A stretch of DNA of 64,000 bases, from NCBI GenBank assembly GCA_947479455.1, contig CANJZE010000008.1:66798-130797 (forward strand), given 5' to 3'. The stretch comes from Bacteroidota bacterium (GTDB lineage Bacteria > Bacteroidota > Bacteroidia > Chitinophagales > LD1). A program made the translations under genes and the position numbers. Of this stretch, positions 1 through 9,514 are shown one piece after another (within the stretch, counting starts at the first letter, position 1; the number at the start of each line of letters is the position of its first letter). The notes under the pieces are model-generated. The model ran no database searches and was not told the DNA's origin. It saw only the letters and a list, made by a program, of their open reading frames with translations.

Positions 1-2
1 CA

Positions 3-1034
3 GCAGACGGCAGCAATGAAGACCCTTTTGACCATTTTCTGAAAATGTATGGAGGCTATTTGCCTTCATCAAATTCAAGATGGTGCACCAAAAAATTAAA
101 ACTTGAACCCTTTGAAAAATTTGTCGGTAACGACAATGTAATTTCTTATGTAGGCATTAGAGGTGATGAAGAAAGAGAAGGATATATCTCCCGCAAATCA
201 AACATCCAAAGTATTTTTCCTTTCAGGAAAAATATTTGGAGTGAGGATGTAATTGCCAAAGTTTTATCAAATAATAATTCAAACCAGGTTTTGAATTTAT
301 ACAGCAATATTGCTGCAACAAAAAATTCAAACCGATTTGAAGAACTGTTGAAGCAACCTATCTCTCAAAGTTTTACGCAGACACAGAAACTGAATTTGTT
401 GCTTGACATCAACATCAAAGAATTTAATGCGTTGGTATTTTCATTTCTTAAAGCTACCAATTACCCATTAGCTCAAGAAGAAAATTTTGAATTGATTGAC
501 AACGAAGATATTTTGGTTCGTGACGATATTTTCAGAATCCTTGAAGAAAGTGGAGTAGGAATACCTGCTTATTATAACAAAAATGAGGAATTTAGTTTTG
601 AGTTTAATGGAGAAAAGCATCTATATGGCAGAAGTCGGTCTGGTTGTTTTTTCTGCTTTTTTCAACAAAAAATTGAATGGATTTGGTTATTTGAAAATCA
701 CCTTGAGAAATTTCTTTTAGCAGAACTTTATGAAACCTCAAACGGCAACGACTCTTATTTTACATGGATGGACTCTGGCACATTAAGAGAGTTAATAGGA
801 GTGCCAGCGGATATACCGCTATGTAGAACAAAAATAAATAGCATTACAGGTTCGAAAGAAATCGAATGGATAAATGAGGAGGTCTTGAAAATACGTGACA
901 CGACTAAAACAGACAAGGTTAAGATGGAATACATTTTAAAACATAAAAGGAAAACTTCAAATCCAAGCTCGAATTTACTTATTGACATTCTAAGTGAAAC
1001 TGAAGGAGAAGGGTGTGCGGCTTGTTTTATTTAA
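3..1034 (+). CDS. PAPS-reductase-fold DNA sulfur-modification protein (DndC/SspD-like), 5' end truncated by the window edge
   Basis: The frame is open from base 3 upstream of the listed ATG at 45, so the N-terminal PP-loop lies outside the window. Motifs RWCTKKLKLEPF, YVGIRGDEE and GRSRSGCFFCF resemble the PAPS reductase/DndC family. The C-terminus carries CAAC. The gene converges on a dndA/dndD-like operon. Confidence 0.6.
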   Translation, partial: ADGSNEDPFDHFLKMYGGYLPSSNSRWCTKKLKLEPFEKFVGNDNVISYVGIRGDEEREGYISRKSNIQSIFPFRKNIWSEDVIAKVLSNNNSNQVLNLYSNIAATKNSNRFEELLKQPISQSFTQTQKLNLLLDINIKEFNALVFSFLKATNYPLAQEENFELIDNEDILVRDDIFRILEESGVGIPAYYNKNEEFSFEFNGEKHLYGRSRSGCFFCFFQQKIEWIWLFENHLEKFLLAELYETSNGNDSYFTWMDSGTLRELIGVPADIPLCRTKINSITGSKEIEWINEEVLKIRDTTKTDKVKMEYILKHKRKTSNPSSNLLIDILSETEGEGCAACFI

Positions 1035-1048
1035 AAAACCACTATGAC

Positions 1049-2077
1049 ATGAATGTAAAAGTTACCACTTGGAAGGTTTCCAAGCTCTATAAATTTAAGG
1101 ACAAGATTAATGAGCAACCAGTTTATCAGAGAGGTGAGGTATGGAGTCCCAGAAAAAGAAGCATTCTAATTGATTCAATGCTACGAGGAATTGACATTCC
1201 AAAAATCTATTTGAGAAAACTAAATTCAAATGCTCACGAATATGAAGTAGCAGATGGTCAGCAACGGTTGACAGCAATTTACAAGTTCATCGAAAATCAA
1301 TTTGCACTTTTATCAGATGAAGAAAAGGGTTTGAACTTAGATAGAATTGACGGGAAGGTTGTTGGTGGTTTGAAATATGAAAAACTTAATAAAGATTTTA
1401 AAGCAAGATTTGATAATTACGAAACAACAATTGCAATTATTGAACATGCAACTAATCAAGAGATACGAACTTTGTTCGGCAGATTACAAGAAGGTGAGCC
1501 ATTAGTGCCAGCGGAAAAGAGGAATGCAATCATTAGCACCTTAGGACATCTTATAGATAACTTTGCAATGAATCATAGCTTCTTCACAAATTCTCGAATC
1601 CCTGCGAATAGATTTAAAAGGCAAGATTACATGAGCAATGCCTTAGCTTTAATTCTCTATAAGAATGCAGAATCACTAAAGGCAGAGTTGTTACTAAAAA
1701 TGTATTTGGATAAAAGTTTAGTTGTAAGTCAAGCACAGCAAAAAAAAATAGCAATAATACTTGACAAATTAGCTGAGATAGATTCAAACAGTTCGACACG
1801 CATCTATAAAAAGTATCACTTCACTGATATGTTTTATTTTCTGTTTGAAAACTATAGTAGAATTAGTCAAATGAACCCAAAGTTAATTGCAAAAAAATTC
1901 GATAAGTTTGAGCAACAGCGGTTGGCTAATTACAACAAACCTGAATTGTTAATTGAAAACAGACAGCCAACGCCAGAAGAAAAAGATTTGTATGAATACA
2001 TAATTGCTTTTAGATATAACGGAGCAGAACCTGAAAGCATAACTACCCGACTTCGTGTTTTCACTAATTTATTTTAA
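1049..2077 (+). CDS. DUF262 (ParB-like/GmrSD N-terminal type) domain protein without a DUF1524/HNH domain
   Basis: QPVYQRGEVWS...LIDSMLRGIDIPKIYL...ADGQQRLTAIYKF is the classic DUF262 DGQQR signature. The ATG at 1049 (MNVKV) lies 15 nt after the upstream stop, and the track's GTG at 1013 is less likely. No nuclease domain follows. Confidence 0.75.
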   Translation: MNVKVTTWKVSKLYKFKDKINEQPVYQRGEVWSPRKRSILIDSMLRGIDIPKIYLRKLNSNAHEYEVADGQQRLTAIYKFIENQFALLSDEEKGLNLDRIDGKVVGGLKYEKLNKDFKARFDNYETTIAIIEHATNQEIRTLFGRLQEGEPLVPAEKRNAIISTLGHLIDNFAMNHSFFTNSRIPANRFKRQDYMSNALALILYKNAESLKAELLLKMYLDKSLVVSQAQQKKIAIILDKLAEIDSNSSTRIYKKYHFTDMFYFLFENYSRISQMNPKLIAKKFDKFEQQRLANYNKPELLIENRQPTPEEKDLYEYIIAFRYNGAEPESITTRLRVFTNLF

Positions 2078-2089
2078 TCATTTAATCAA

Positions 2090-2947
2090 ATGACAAAAGC
2101 TGATTTACCAAAAGAGTTGATTGATAACTTCAAGGATAATTTGGGTGTTTTTTTTGTTGGCGCAGGTTTATCAATTGCAGCAGGTTATCCAACTTGGGAT
2201 GGATTAATCGGTGAACTTATTGCTGAAGCTGATAAGATTTCTTGGATTCCAAAGGGAAAAATAGCTGAGTATAAGAAGTTAATTGGAGACAGTTCTAAAT
2301 TCCTTTTTCTTGCAGAGGAATTAAGAGTAGAATTAGGAAGTCACTTTACAAAATATATGGAACAGCGATTTCAATTCTCTGCTCACAACCACACAAAAAA
2401 TCATGAGTTAATTGTGACTACCGAGAGTAGTTTAGTTGTAACAATAAATTATGACGATTTAATAGAACAAGCATACAATAAGGTTTACGGAAAATATCCA
2501 AACGCTTTTATCTACTCACAAGCAAGAGAGGCAGCAAATAATTTTTGGAAGGATAGATTCTTTATTTTGAAAGCACATGGAGATGCAAAGCGAGATATTG
2601 ACACATTAATACTCTCACAAAAAGATTATCGCAAAACACTTTATCGAGAAGCTGGCTACAGAAGTTTGCTCCAATCCATCTTTACAACTAAATCAATTTT
2701 CTTTGTTGGTGTGTCACTGAATGACCCCGAGTTTAATCAGCTACTTGATTTCCTACATGACTCATATCATGGTGGAGGACCTACACACTATCTCTTAATT
2801 GAAAAGCAAAAAAGTATGGAAACAATATCGAGAAGGTATTTTGATGATTTCAATATTCAGACCATAACCTATGATAATGCAAAAGGTGATTATGCTGAAC
2901 TCACAAAGACATTAGAAGTTCTTAATTCTGAATCTCCAAGAAAATAA
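2090..2947 (+). CDS. SIR2_2-family (defence-type SIR2, putative NADase) protein
   Basis: Motifs FFVGAGLSIAAGYPTWDGLI, TINYDDLIEQA, LKAHGD and FFVGVSLNDPEF match the SIR2_2 pattern seen in ThsA/DSR-type proteins. The gene starts 13 nt after the DUF262 stop. Confidence 0.8.
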   Translation: MTKADLPKELIDNFKDNLGVFFVGAGLSIAAGYPTWDGLIGELIAEADKISWIPKGKIAEYKKLIGDSSKFLFLAEELRVELGSHFTKYMEQRFQFSAHNHTKNHELIVTTESSLVVTINYDDLIEQAYNKVYGKYPNAFIYSQAREAANNFWKDRFFILKAHGDAKRDIDTLILSQKDYRKTLYREAGYRSLLQSIFTTKSIFFVGVSLNDPEFNQLLDFLHDSYHGGGPTHYLLIEKQKSMETISRRYFDDFNIQTITYDNAKGDYAELTKTLEVLNSESPRK

Positions 2948-3025
2948 GTTTGAGAACAAAAGATAATTCAACGGTAAATCGATAAAATAGTTGTCGCTAA
3001 TATCAAAATAAACAACCCCTACTTT

Positions 3026-3658
3026 TTATTTCGCCTCGCCTTTTTTCTTCGGCTTTGCTTTACTCTTTGCTACTTTTTTCCCCACAACTTTTTTCGTCAC
3101 CTCAGGTTCAGCAGTTTCTTTCTTCATCTTAACAGTTTGAATTTTACTATCTAAAATCATTGCGAGAAAAGAAGTCGGTTGCAAGAACAGGTTGGAATTT
3201 TCTTCCAACTTTTCTTTTATCAGTGTCAGCCCTCCATTAGTGTATGATTCTACTATTTGAATCAACTCCTTCACAGCATCCTTTTCGCTCACATCCCCTT
3301 TTTCAAGAGCAAGAAAATCAAATTTTGATTTCGCCACCACCGCAGCAAACATGAACTCCTGCAAAATCGTGAAGTCGGTTCTATCAAGCCGACCTCCTTT
3401 GCTTCCCCAGTGCTGAATAGCATGACTGAAATCAACCTTCTTTGTTCCTTCAGGAATAGGTAGAAATTCATCATTGTAAAGACCGAGAAAGAAAGCATAC
3501 ATATACAGTTCATAGTTGTTACTGAAATGTTTTCCCAAGTCAACTTTTGATTTTTCAGAACCACCGAATTTTTTGGTTAAAGAATCGAACAGGGGTTCTC
3601 TAAATTCCTCACTGTATTTCGGAATTTGTGTTTTCCATTTATCGAAAAGATTTTCCAT
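3026..3658 (-). CDS. Hypothetical protein, last gene of the dndA-dndD-like operon (possible dnd system-associated protein) with a Lys-rich C-terminal tail
   Basis: A 210-aa ORF starts 2 nt after the stop of the SMC-like ATPase gene. The tail reads KKVVGKKVAKSKAKPKKKGEAK. The family name rests only on recollection of dnd-associated proteins in Bacteroidetes. Confidence 0.45.
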   Translation of the reverse strand: MENLFDKWKTQIPKYSEEFREPLFDSLTKKFGGSEKSKVDLGKHFSNNYELYMYAFFLGLYNDEFLPIPEGTKKVDFSHAIQHWGSKGGRLDRTDFTILQEFMFAAVVAKSKFDFLALEKGDVSEKDAVKELIQIVESYTNGGLTLIKEKLEENSNLFLQPTSFLAMILDSKIQTVKMKKETAEPEVTKKVVGKKVAKSKAKPKKKGEAK

Positions 3659-3660
3659 AG

Positions 3661-5814
3661 TTATAGAGTTATTACCTGTGTATTTAAAGTGCTTAAATCT
3701 TTTTTATCGAACGGTCTTTCTAAGAAAATCCAAAACGCTTTGTCTCTTTTCACATCGCTAAATTCTTTTCTCACTCCCAGTTTCTTTGTCTTTTCGTTGA
3801 TAGTCAAGAAATCTTTTATCAAAAGAATTTTCTGATTTCCGGTTTCATAAATCAGGTTAAGGAATTGCGATGTTTTTGTTTCTCCGAAAGAAGAAGTTGG
3901 AGCATCAAAAATCATCGGATAACTTTCCTCTCTAAGTTCAGTAGCCAGTTCAGAAATTGCAAACAAAATTGAAATGTGCATTGAAGTTAGAAGCGATTGA
4001 TTAGGCATGTAAAAAATTTTCCCATCTGCTTCTTGTAATTCAATTTTTACAACCACTTTTCCTGCTGACATTTTCTTGTTGAACACAATCGTTCCAGTGA
4101 ACGATTCAATATTTATTTCTTCAAAGATTTTGTTGGACTTACTTTGAAGCATATCAATAAACTCATCAAACTTTCGCTCCTTGGTGTCATTGAAAATAAT
4201 TTCAATGTCGCGCAGTATCTCTCTTGTTTTAATCAGGAAATTATTTGCCGTCTTAGTATCAATGTTATCCTTTTCAATCTTCCGTTGTTTCAATTCATCA
4301 TCAACAGATTTCAATTGACCTTTATTGTAATTCAGGTCGCGATTGAATGTAGCCAAGTCCTTTTGCCATCCAGAATAATTCTTCAACACACTTCCAAGTT
4401 TCTCAGCACCAACATTCGAACTGCCAACAATTTTTTCACGCTCTAAAATTTCCTTATCTAATTTTTGTTGAAGGTCTTCCAAATCTTCTTTTCGTTTCTT
4501 GTTAAATTCAAACAGGTCTTTAATGGTTTTTTTTACCCCCCTCAAATTGGCAAGATTGTCTTCATGGCTCACTCCCAAATTGAACATTCGTGTTAGGAAG
4601 TCATTCTTGAAAAGTATTTCGTCTTCAGCATTTTCTGCTTCCTCTGGCACTTGACTTTTCAGATATTCTTCAAGTCGTTTCATCATGAAAGTATGTGCAT
4701 GACTTCCTTTCGGAGCAGCACGGTCACATACCTTACACCACTTATCCTTAAGCATTTCTTCCATGTGTGCCTTTGATGGAACACCAGTCGGTAATGGAAT
4801 TGAGTTATTCAGGAGTTCTGCTTTCATTCTCTTCTTACCTTCCTTAATTCCTATTTCCGTATCAAACGCTTTTTCTAATTCTCTTTTCCTGCTTCCTAAC
4901 TCAGCCACCTTTTGAGAAAATTCATGATGAATTTTTTCAAAGTTCACCAGTATCCAATTTTGGTCAAACAATGCAGTTGTGTAGTTTTCATCAATTTTGT
5001 TTGAAGTAACTGTAATCTGGTCTTCTATTTTTTTGATTCGGTCATTGATAGTTTCTAATGCCTCCGCATTCGTAACATATTTTTCTGCTTCCTGAATATT
5101 GTCTTCGGTCTTTCCAATTTGTTGCTCCAACGAATTGATGAACACAGTGATTTTGTTTCTATCGCCCGACAATCTGAAAATTTCTGCTTCCAATCGCTTA
5201 TACTCTTTCTGATTTTGGCTGTCGCTTCGTGCAGCATCATCAACTGCTTTCTCCGCTTTCTCTCGAAGAAACTCGCCTTTTTCAGAATACTTTTCATAAT
5301 GCTTTGCACTTGAAAAAGAGTTAATCAGATTGAGCAACGCATCATCATTCTTGAAAATATTCAAATCAGCTTCGCCCTTAAACATTGAATATCTTCTAAT
5401 CGTTTGAGGGAAAATTCTGTCTAACAAAATATGTCCATCAACTTTACTTCGCTCACCTGCCTTGTTTTCTTCAATCCCTTCAACAGAATAATTCAAAGTT
5501 GAAAAATCATTGTCTTCAAGTTTCTTAACGATAAATGATTTTGATATTGTTTTCTTTTCATCGTATTGTTCAACAGTAATAGAAACTCGCACAGGAAATT
5601 GTTCTCCACTTTCTGCTTTGGCTAACGCCTTCGCAGAAATAAGCTTTTCTAAACCGCGCTGGTCTCCATTGAATAACCAATCAAGAGCTTCAAAGAATTT
5701 TGTTTTGCCTTCTCCATTTTCGCCCAAGATGATGTTCAATCCATCTGAGAGTTCAAATTCTTTTACCCCATTATAGCAGAGGTAATTTTCTATGCTAACT
5801 TTTTTGATAATCAT
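3661..5814 (-). CDS. DndD/SspC-like SMC/Rad50-type ATPase
   Basis: The N-terminus MIIKKVSIENYLCYNG...ILGENGEGKTKFFEALDWLF carries a Walker A (AAA_23 type). A long coiled-coil middle contains CKVCD (a CxxC, zinc-hook-like). The C-terminus carries Walker B MIFDAPTSSFG. Confidence 0.75.
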   Translation of the reverse strand: MIIKKVSIENYLCYNGVKEFELSDGLNIILGENGEGKTKFFEALDWLFNGDQRGLEKLISAKALAKAESGEQFPVRVSITVEQYDEKKTISKSFIVKKLEDNDFSTLNYSVEGIEENKAGERSKVDGHILLDRIFPQTIRRYSMFKGEADLNIFKNDDALLNLINSFSSAKHYEKYSEKGEFLREKAEKAVDDAARSDSQNQKEYKRLEAEIFRLSGDRNKITVFINSLEQQIGKTEDNIQEAEKYVTNAEALETINDRIKKIEDQITVTSNKIDENYTTALFDQNWILVNFEKIHHEFSQKVAELGSRKRELEKAFDTEIGIKEGKKRMKAELLNNSIPLPTGVPSKAHMEEMLKDKWCKVCDRAAPKGSHAHTFMMKRLEEYLKSQVPEEAENAEDEILFKNDFLTRMFNLGVSHEDNLANLRGVKKTIKDLFEFNKKRKEDLEDLQQKLDKEILEREKIVGSSNVGAEKLGSVLKNYSGWQKDLATFNRDLNYNKGQLKSVDDELKQRKIEKDNIDTKTANNFLIKTREILRDIEIIFNDTKERKFDEFIDMLQSKSNKIFEEINIESFTGTIVFNKKMSAGKVVVKIELQEADGKIFYMPNQSLLTSMHISILFAISELATELREESYPMIFDAPTSSFGETKTSQFLNLIYETGNQKILLIKDFLTINEKTKKLGVRKEFSDVKRDKAFWIFLERPFDKKDLSTLNTQVITL

Positions 5815-6044
5815 ATTGCTGTTTGATTAAGGTGTTGAAGAATTAAATTTCTTAATTCCTTATCAGGCATCACTTGCGTTGCTTCTAAATTTTCTACAAT
5901 TAATGCAATTGCTTTCACAATAGGCATATCAGATTTAATAGCCTCACGAATATTATTCGGCATATCAGCAGCTTTAATTTTGTATTTGCTTTTCAAAATA
6001 TCATGCTTCAAAAAACTTTGTAGAATATCATCTTTTCGTGCCAT
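5811..6044 (-). CDS. Small hypothetical protein (77 aa) in the DndE position
   Basis: It is translationally coupled to the downstream ATPase gene (ATGA overlap at 5811-5814). No recognisable motif was seen. Confidence 0.4.
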   Translation of the reverse strand: MARKDDILQSFLKHDILKSKYKIKAADMPNNIREAIKSDMPIVKAIALIVENLEATQVMPDKELRNLILQHLNQTAI

Positions 6045-6056
6045 AGCAATAGAGTT

Positions 6057-8294
6057 TTAATTAGAAATCAAATCATTCAAATTTAAGTTGTAGTAATCGA
6101 GAATATCTTTCAGTTCTTCGTAAGTATCAATTTTATTCATTGACAATTCTGAGAAGTCAACTACTCTTTCCAATTCTTTTTTGATAAGGTTACGCTCCAT
6201 TCCAAAATTTCCTTCACCGTCACTTATTTTCGGAACAACAACCAAATCGTGAATCACTGCATGAACTTTATCTTTATGATTTCTCAAAACCCTTCCACGC
6301 CTTTGAATAAATTGTCTTGGATTACCGGTGCTTGAACAGAATACTGCTAATTCAGAACGAGGAACATCAACCCCTTCATCCAAGCATTTCATAGAAGTTA
6401 AAACATGAACAGTTCCATTTTCAAAGTCATTTATTATTTCATTTCTGTTTTGAGTATTTGAAGTGTATTGTTTTACCAAGATTGAATCATTAGTATCTTT
6501 CACAATTCTGGTGTATTCGTTTATGAGATTCGTTTCCTCCTCATCTTCTTCATACTCATCCACCTTACTGTAATCAGGTTCTAATCCTTCGGGAACATAA
6601 ACCAAAGTGTATTTCAAATTTCCTCTACGTTTAAATTCATTTTTCATTATTTTTTTGAAAACATCCTTCTTGTTAAATGCCTTATGAATAATTCTCTTTC
6701 GCTTCAACAATAAATTCTCAACTTCCTTACACTCTTTGTAGCGACCAGTTTTAGCATCCAAATATGTTAAGAGTTGTTTTGAAATCTTGATATACTCTAC
6801 GAGTTCTTCATCAGTCAAATAAACAATGTGAGGGAAGTAAGTGTATTTACAAAGCCAGCCAACCTCCAACGCTTGCTTCATCGAATAAGAATATATGAAA
6901 GGTGCTTTATCATTGAAGAACGATTCAATAGCAGTGTTCCCCTCCAAATCATATTTCCTATTTGGTGTTGCAGACAAACCGATTCTTTTTTCTAAGTGAA
7001 TACTGGGTAACAGTTTTGAAATACTTGGCGAACCCATATTGTGAACTTCATCAGCAATCAATAATGTTTCCTTCGGCAACAACTTGAAATGACTTTGAAA
7101 TTTTGGTCTTGTCAGCGAAGCATAAGTTACAATAACAATAAAGTTTGTGTTCGTCAACTTCGTTGCCGTATTGAAGAAAGCAAGATTATCACTCCAATTT
7201 TCCTTTGAACTAACTGTAATGACATTACTAAAATTGAATTTAGCACATTCCTTTTTCCACTGCTCCAACAACGCTGTTGTTGGCACTGTAATAATTGCTT
7301 TGTAGGTATTTGTTTCTCTATAAAGATTCAGCAAACAATTAAGAGAAGTAATAGTTTTCCCTGTTCCAGTTGCCATTGCAAAAACTCCTTTGTAGCCATT
7401 GCCAACCCAAGCATCATAAGCAGCAATTTGATATTCTCTCGCTCCCTCAGGATATGGGAATCTTGGTTCTCTCTGAATTTCTTCAATGTGGGTAATCGCT
7501 TTCTCAAAACTTTTTCTCACTCCTTTGTTTTCTAACACCCGACTTTTTCTCTCAACCAATTCCTTTTCTTTTATCAACAACTCATTAAGTGAAGCGTTTC
7601 CAAATTCCTTTTTGATTGCTATCGAAACATCTTCAACCTCCAAATAATCTACAATGTCTGACTTGCCAGAAAAAACCATTTCGAAAAAACTGTTCTGTCT
7701 GTTTATCATTTTACTTGAACGGCTGTTTTCCCAACTAAGAAATCCGTCTAACTCTTCCAAATTTTCAAGTAACCCAAATGCAGTAAAATTGCAAGATGCT
7801 TTAAAGCCAACCGTATCAACTCCGTCCGAAAATGCTCCTGACTTGTAGTGTGCGATTCCTTTCCCTGTTTTCGGTTTGATGATTTTGATTTGAATTTTTT
7901 CATTTGCAATCAACCATGCAAGGCAATCAAAAAAATGTTTGCCGTAATCATTAAGCGTTCTTTTCAATTGCTTAATGTCTGTCAAGTCAATTGCAATATT
8001 TTCTATATCACCTTCTCTTCCTGCTTTGATTGCATCTCTATCTTCTTGCGACAAAACATTATTTACAACCATTCGCATTGTGCCTCCACTGTAAAGAAAA
8101 CTTGCAAAGCCAAGTGAGAGGACATTGATAGCTGCTGAACTAAAATAGCCAAGCAGCAAATCAAATTTTTTGCTGTTACATAAGCCGTCCATGTAAAATT
8201 GAATAGGTTCGCTTTCACTACCCGTTCTATATGACCTGTCTTCTGACCAATTGACTTGCTTAAGCATAGTTTGTTGTCGACTGTAATGATTCAC
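6057..8294 (-). CDS. PLD-like nuclease domain + SF2 (ResIII/DEAH) helicase, resembling a DNA phosphorothioation system restriction enzyme
   Basis: The N-terminal region has a PLD-like HxK (GIAHYKSGAFSDG). Helicase motifs are FAMATGTGKT, IADEVHN, LSATP and QRRGRVLR. The gene overlaps the upstream cysteine desulfurase stop (alternative start MLKQ at 8267). Confidence 0.75.
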   Translation of the reverse strand: MNHYSRQQTMLKQVNWSEDRSYRTGSESEPIQFYMDGLCNSKKFDLLLGYFSSAAINVLSLGFASFLYSGGTMRMVVNNVLSQEDRDAIKAGREGDIENIAIDLTDIKQLKRTLNDYGKHFFDCLAWLIANEKIQIKIIKPKTGKGIAHYKSGAFSDGVDTVGFKASCNFTAFGLLENLEELDGFLSWENSRSSKMINRQNSFFEMVFSGKSDIVDYLEVEDVSIAIKKEFGNASLNELLIKEKELVERKSRVLENKGVRKSFEKAITHIEEIQREPRFPYPEGAREYQIAAYDAWVGNGYKGVFAMATGTGKTITSLNCLLNLYRETNTYKAIITVPTTALLEQWKKECAKFNFSNVITVSSKENWSDNLAFFNTATKLTNTNFIVIVTYASLTRPKFQSHFKLLPKETLLIADEVHNMGSPSISKLLPSIHLEKRIGLSATPNRKYDLEGNTAIESFFNDKAPFIYSYSMKQALEVGWLCKYTYFPHIVYLTDEELVEYIKISKQLLTYLDAKTGRYKECKEVENLLLKRKRIIHKAFNKKDVFKKIMKNEFKRRGNLKYTLVYVPEGLEPDYSKVDEYEEDEEETNLINEYTRIVKDTNDSILVKQYTSNTQNRNEIINDFENGTVHVLTSMKCLDEGVDVPRSELAVFCSSTGNPRQFIQRRGRVLRNHKDKVHAVIHDLVVVPKISDGEGNFGMERNLIKKELERVVDFSELSMNKIDTYEELKDILDYYNLNLNDLISN

Positions 8295-9411
8295 TAAATA
8301 TTTTTAAAACTTCTTGCACTTCGCTTTCAGTATTAAATCTTCCCAACGAAAACCTAATTGAAGAAAACGCATCATCATCAGACAAAGCCATTGCTTTCAA
8401 AACATGAGAGGGCTCAATAATTGCTGAAGTGCAAGCTGAACCATTTGACACTGCAACATTTTTCATTTTCGCAATTAGCACATTTGCGTCTATACCAGGG
8501 AAACAAATATTGGTGACATTATACATTCTGTCTTGCGTTGAACCATTTACAAATGCCCTATGCAATTTTAGCAACTCACTTTCAAGTTCATCTCTGAGAA
8601 ATAAAATTCTATTTTTATCGTTTCCCATTTCTGCCTTTGCAATCTCACACGCTTTACCCATAGCGACAATTGCAGGAACGTTCAATGTCCCGCTTCGTAA
8701 TCCATTTTCATGTCCACCTCCATGTTGCAAAGCATCCAACTTGATTTTATTTTTCTTCAGCCCTCTTACATACAAAGCTCCAAGCCCTTTTGCGCCATAA
8801 AATTTATGAGCAGAAAAAGTCATTAGGTCAACACCCAATTCAGCTACATCTGTCGCAATTTTCCCAACTGCTTGCGTTGCATCGCTCATCAAAATCGCAC
8901 CTGCATTATGAGTAATATTTGCAATCTCTTTAACCGGTTGTAAAACACCTGTTTCATTATTTGCAAGCATCACACATACAAGAATTGAGTCGCTTCGCAA
9001 TTCGGTCTTCAAATTTTCCAAATTAATCAATCCGTCATTTTTCACAGGAAGATAACTCACATCAAAACCGATTGTTTCGAGATATTTACATGTATCGAGA
9101 ACGGCTTTATGTTCAGTCTCAACAGTAATAATATGTTTGCCTCTACTCTGATTTGCTAAAGCAAATCCTTTCAAAGCAAGATTGATACTTTCAGTAGCCC
9201 CAGAAGTGAAAATGATTTCAGTTGCATCGGCAGAAATTAAATCAGCAATTGTTTCCCGGGATTGGTCAACAGCTTTGGCACTGTTTAACCCAAATTGATG
9301 AATGCTGGAGGAGTTACCATATTGTTTTTCAAAATACGGTAACATCGCATCAAGAACTCTTGAATCTATTTCAGTAGTTGCATTATTATCAAGATAGATA
9401 ATTTCTTTCAT
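8260..9411 (-). CDS. Cysteine desulfurase (NifS/IscS class V aminotransferase; DndA/SspA-like)
   Basis: Motifs IYLDNNATT, FTSGATESINLA, SAHKFYGAKGLGALYV (PLP lysine) and SNGSACTS (catalytic Cys loop). It is the first gene of the minus-strand PT operon. Confidence 0.9.
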   Translation of the reverse strand: MKEIIYLDNNATTEIDSRVLDAMLPYFEKQYGNSSSIHQFGLNSAKAVDQSRETIADLISADATEIIFTSGATESINLALKGFALANQSRGKHIITVETEHKAVLDTCKYLETIGFDVSYLPVKNDGLINLENLKTELRSDSILVCVMLANNETGVLQPVKEIANITHNAGAILMSDATQAVGKIATDVAELGVDLMTFSAHKFYGAKGLGALYVRGLKKNKIKLDALQHGGGHENGLRSGTLNVPAIVAMGKACEIAKAEMGNDKNRILFLRDELESELLKLHRAFVNGSTQDRMYNVTNICFPGIDANVLIAKMKNVAVSNGSACTSAIIEPSHVLKAMALSDDDAFSSIRFSLGRFNTESEVQEVLKIFSESLQSTTNYA

Positions 9412-9514
9412 TAAATGCCAATATAGGAAAGAAGAGGGATTCCCGTAATTTGACTACCAAATTCGTGGCATCTTTATTTGTTACCCTTTATTTTTCATCT
9501 TCTATTTTTACGGT

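Noticed and set aside
3289-5776. Multiple 60-100-aa ORFs antisense to or overlapping the dndD-like and tail genes (for example 3289-3564, 4144-4446, 5510-5776)
   Set aside because: They are nested in or antisense to longer ORFs with clear motifs. Their AT-rich, low-complexity translations indicate they are not genes.
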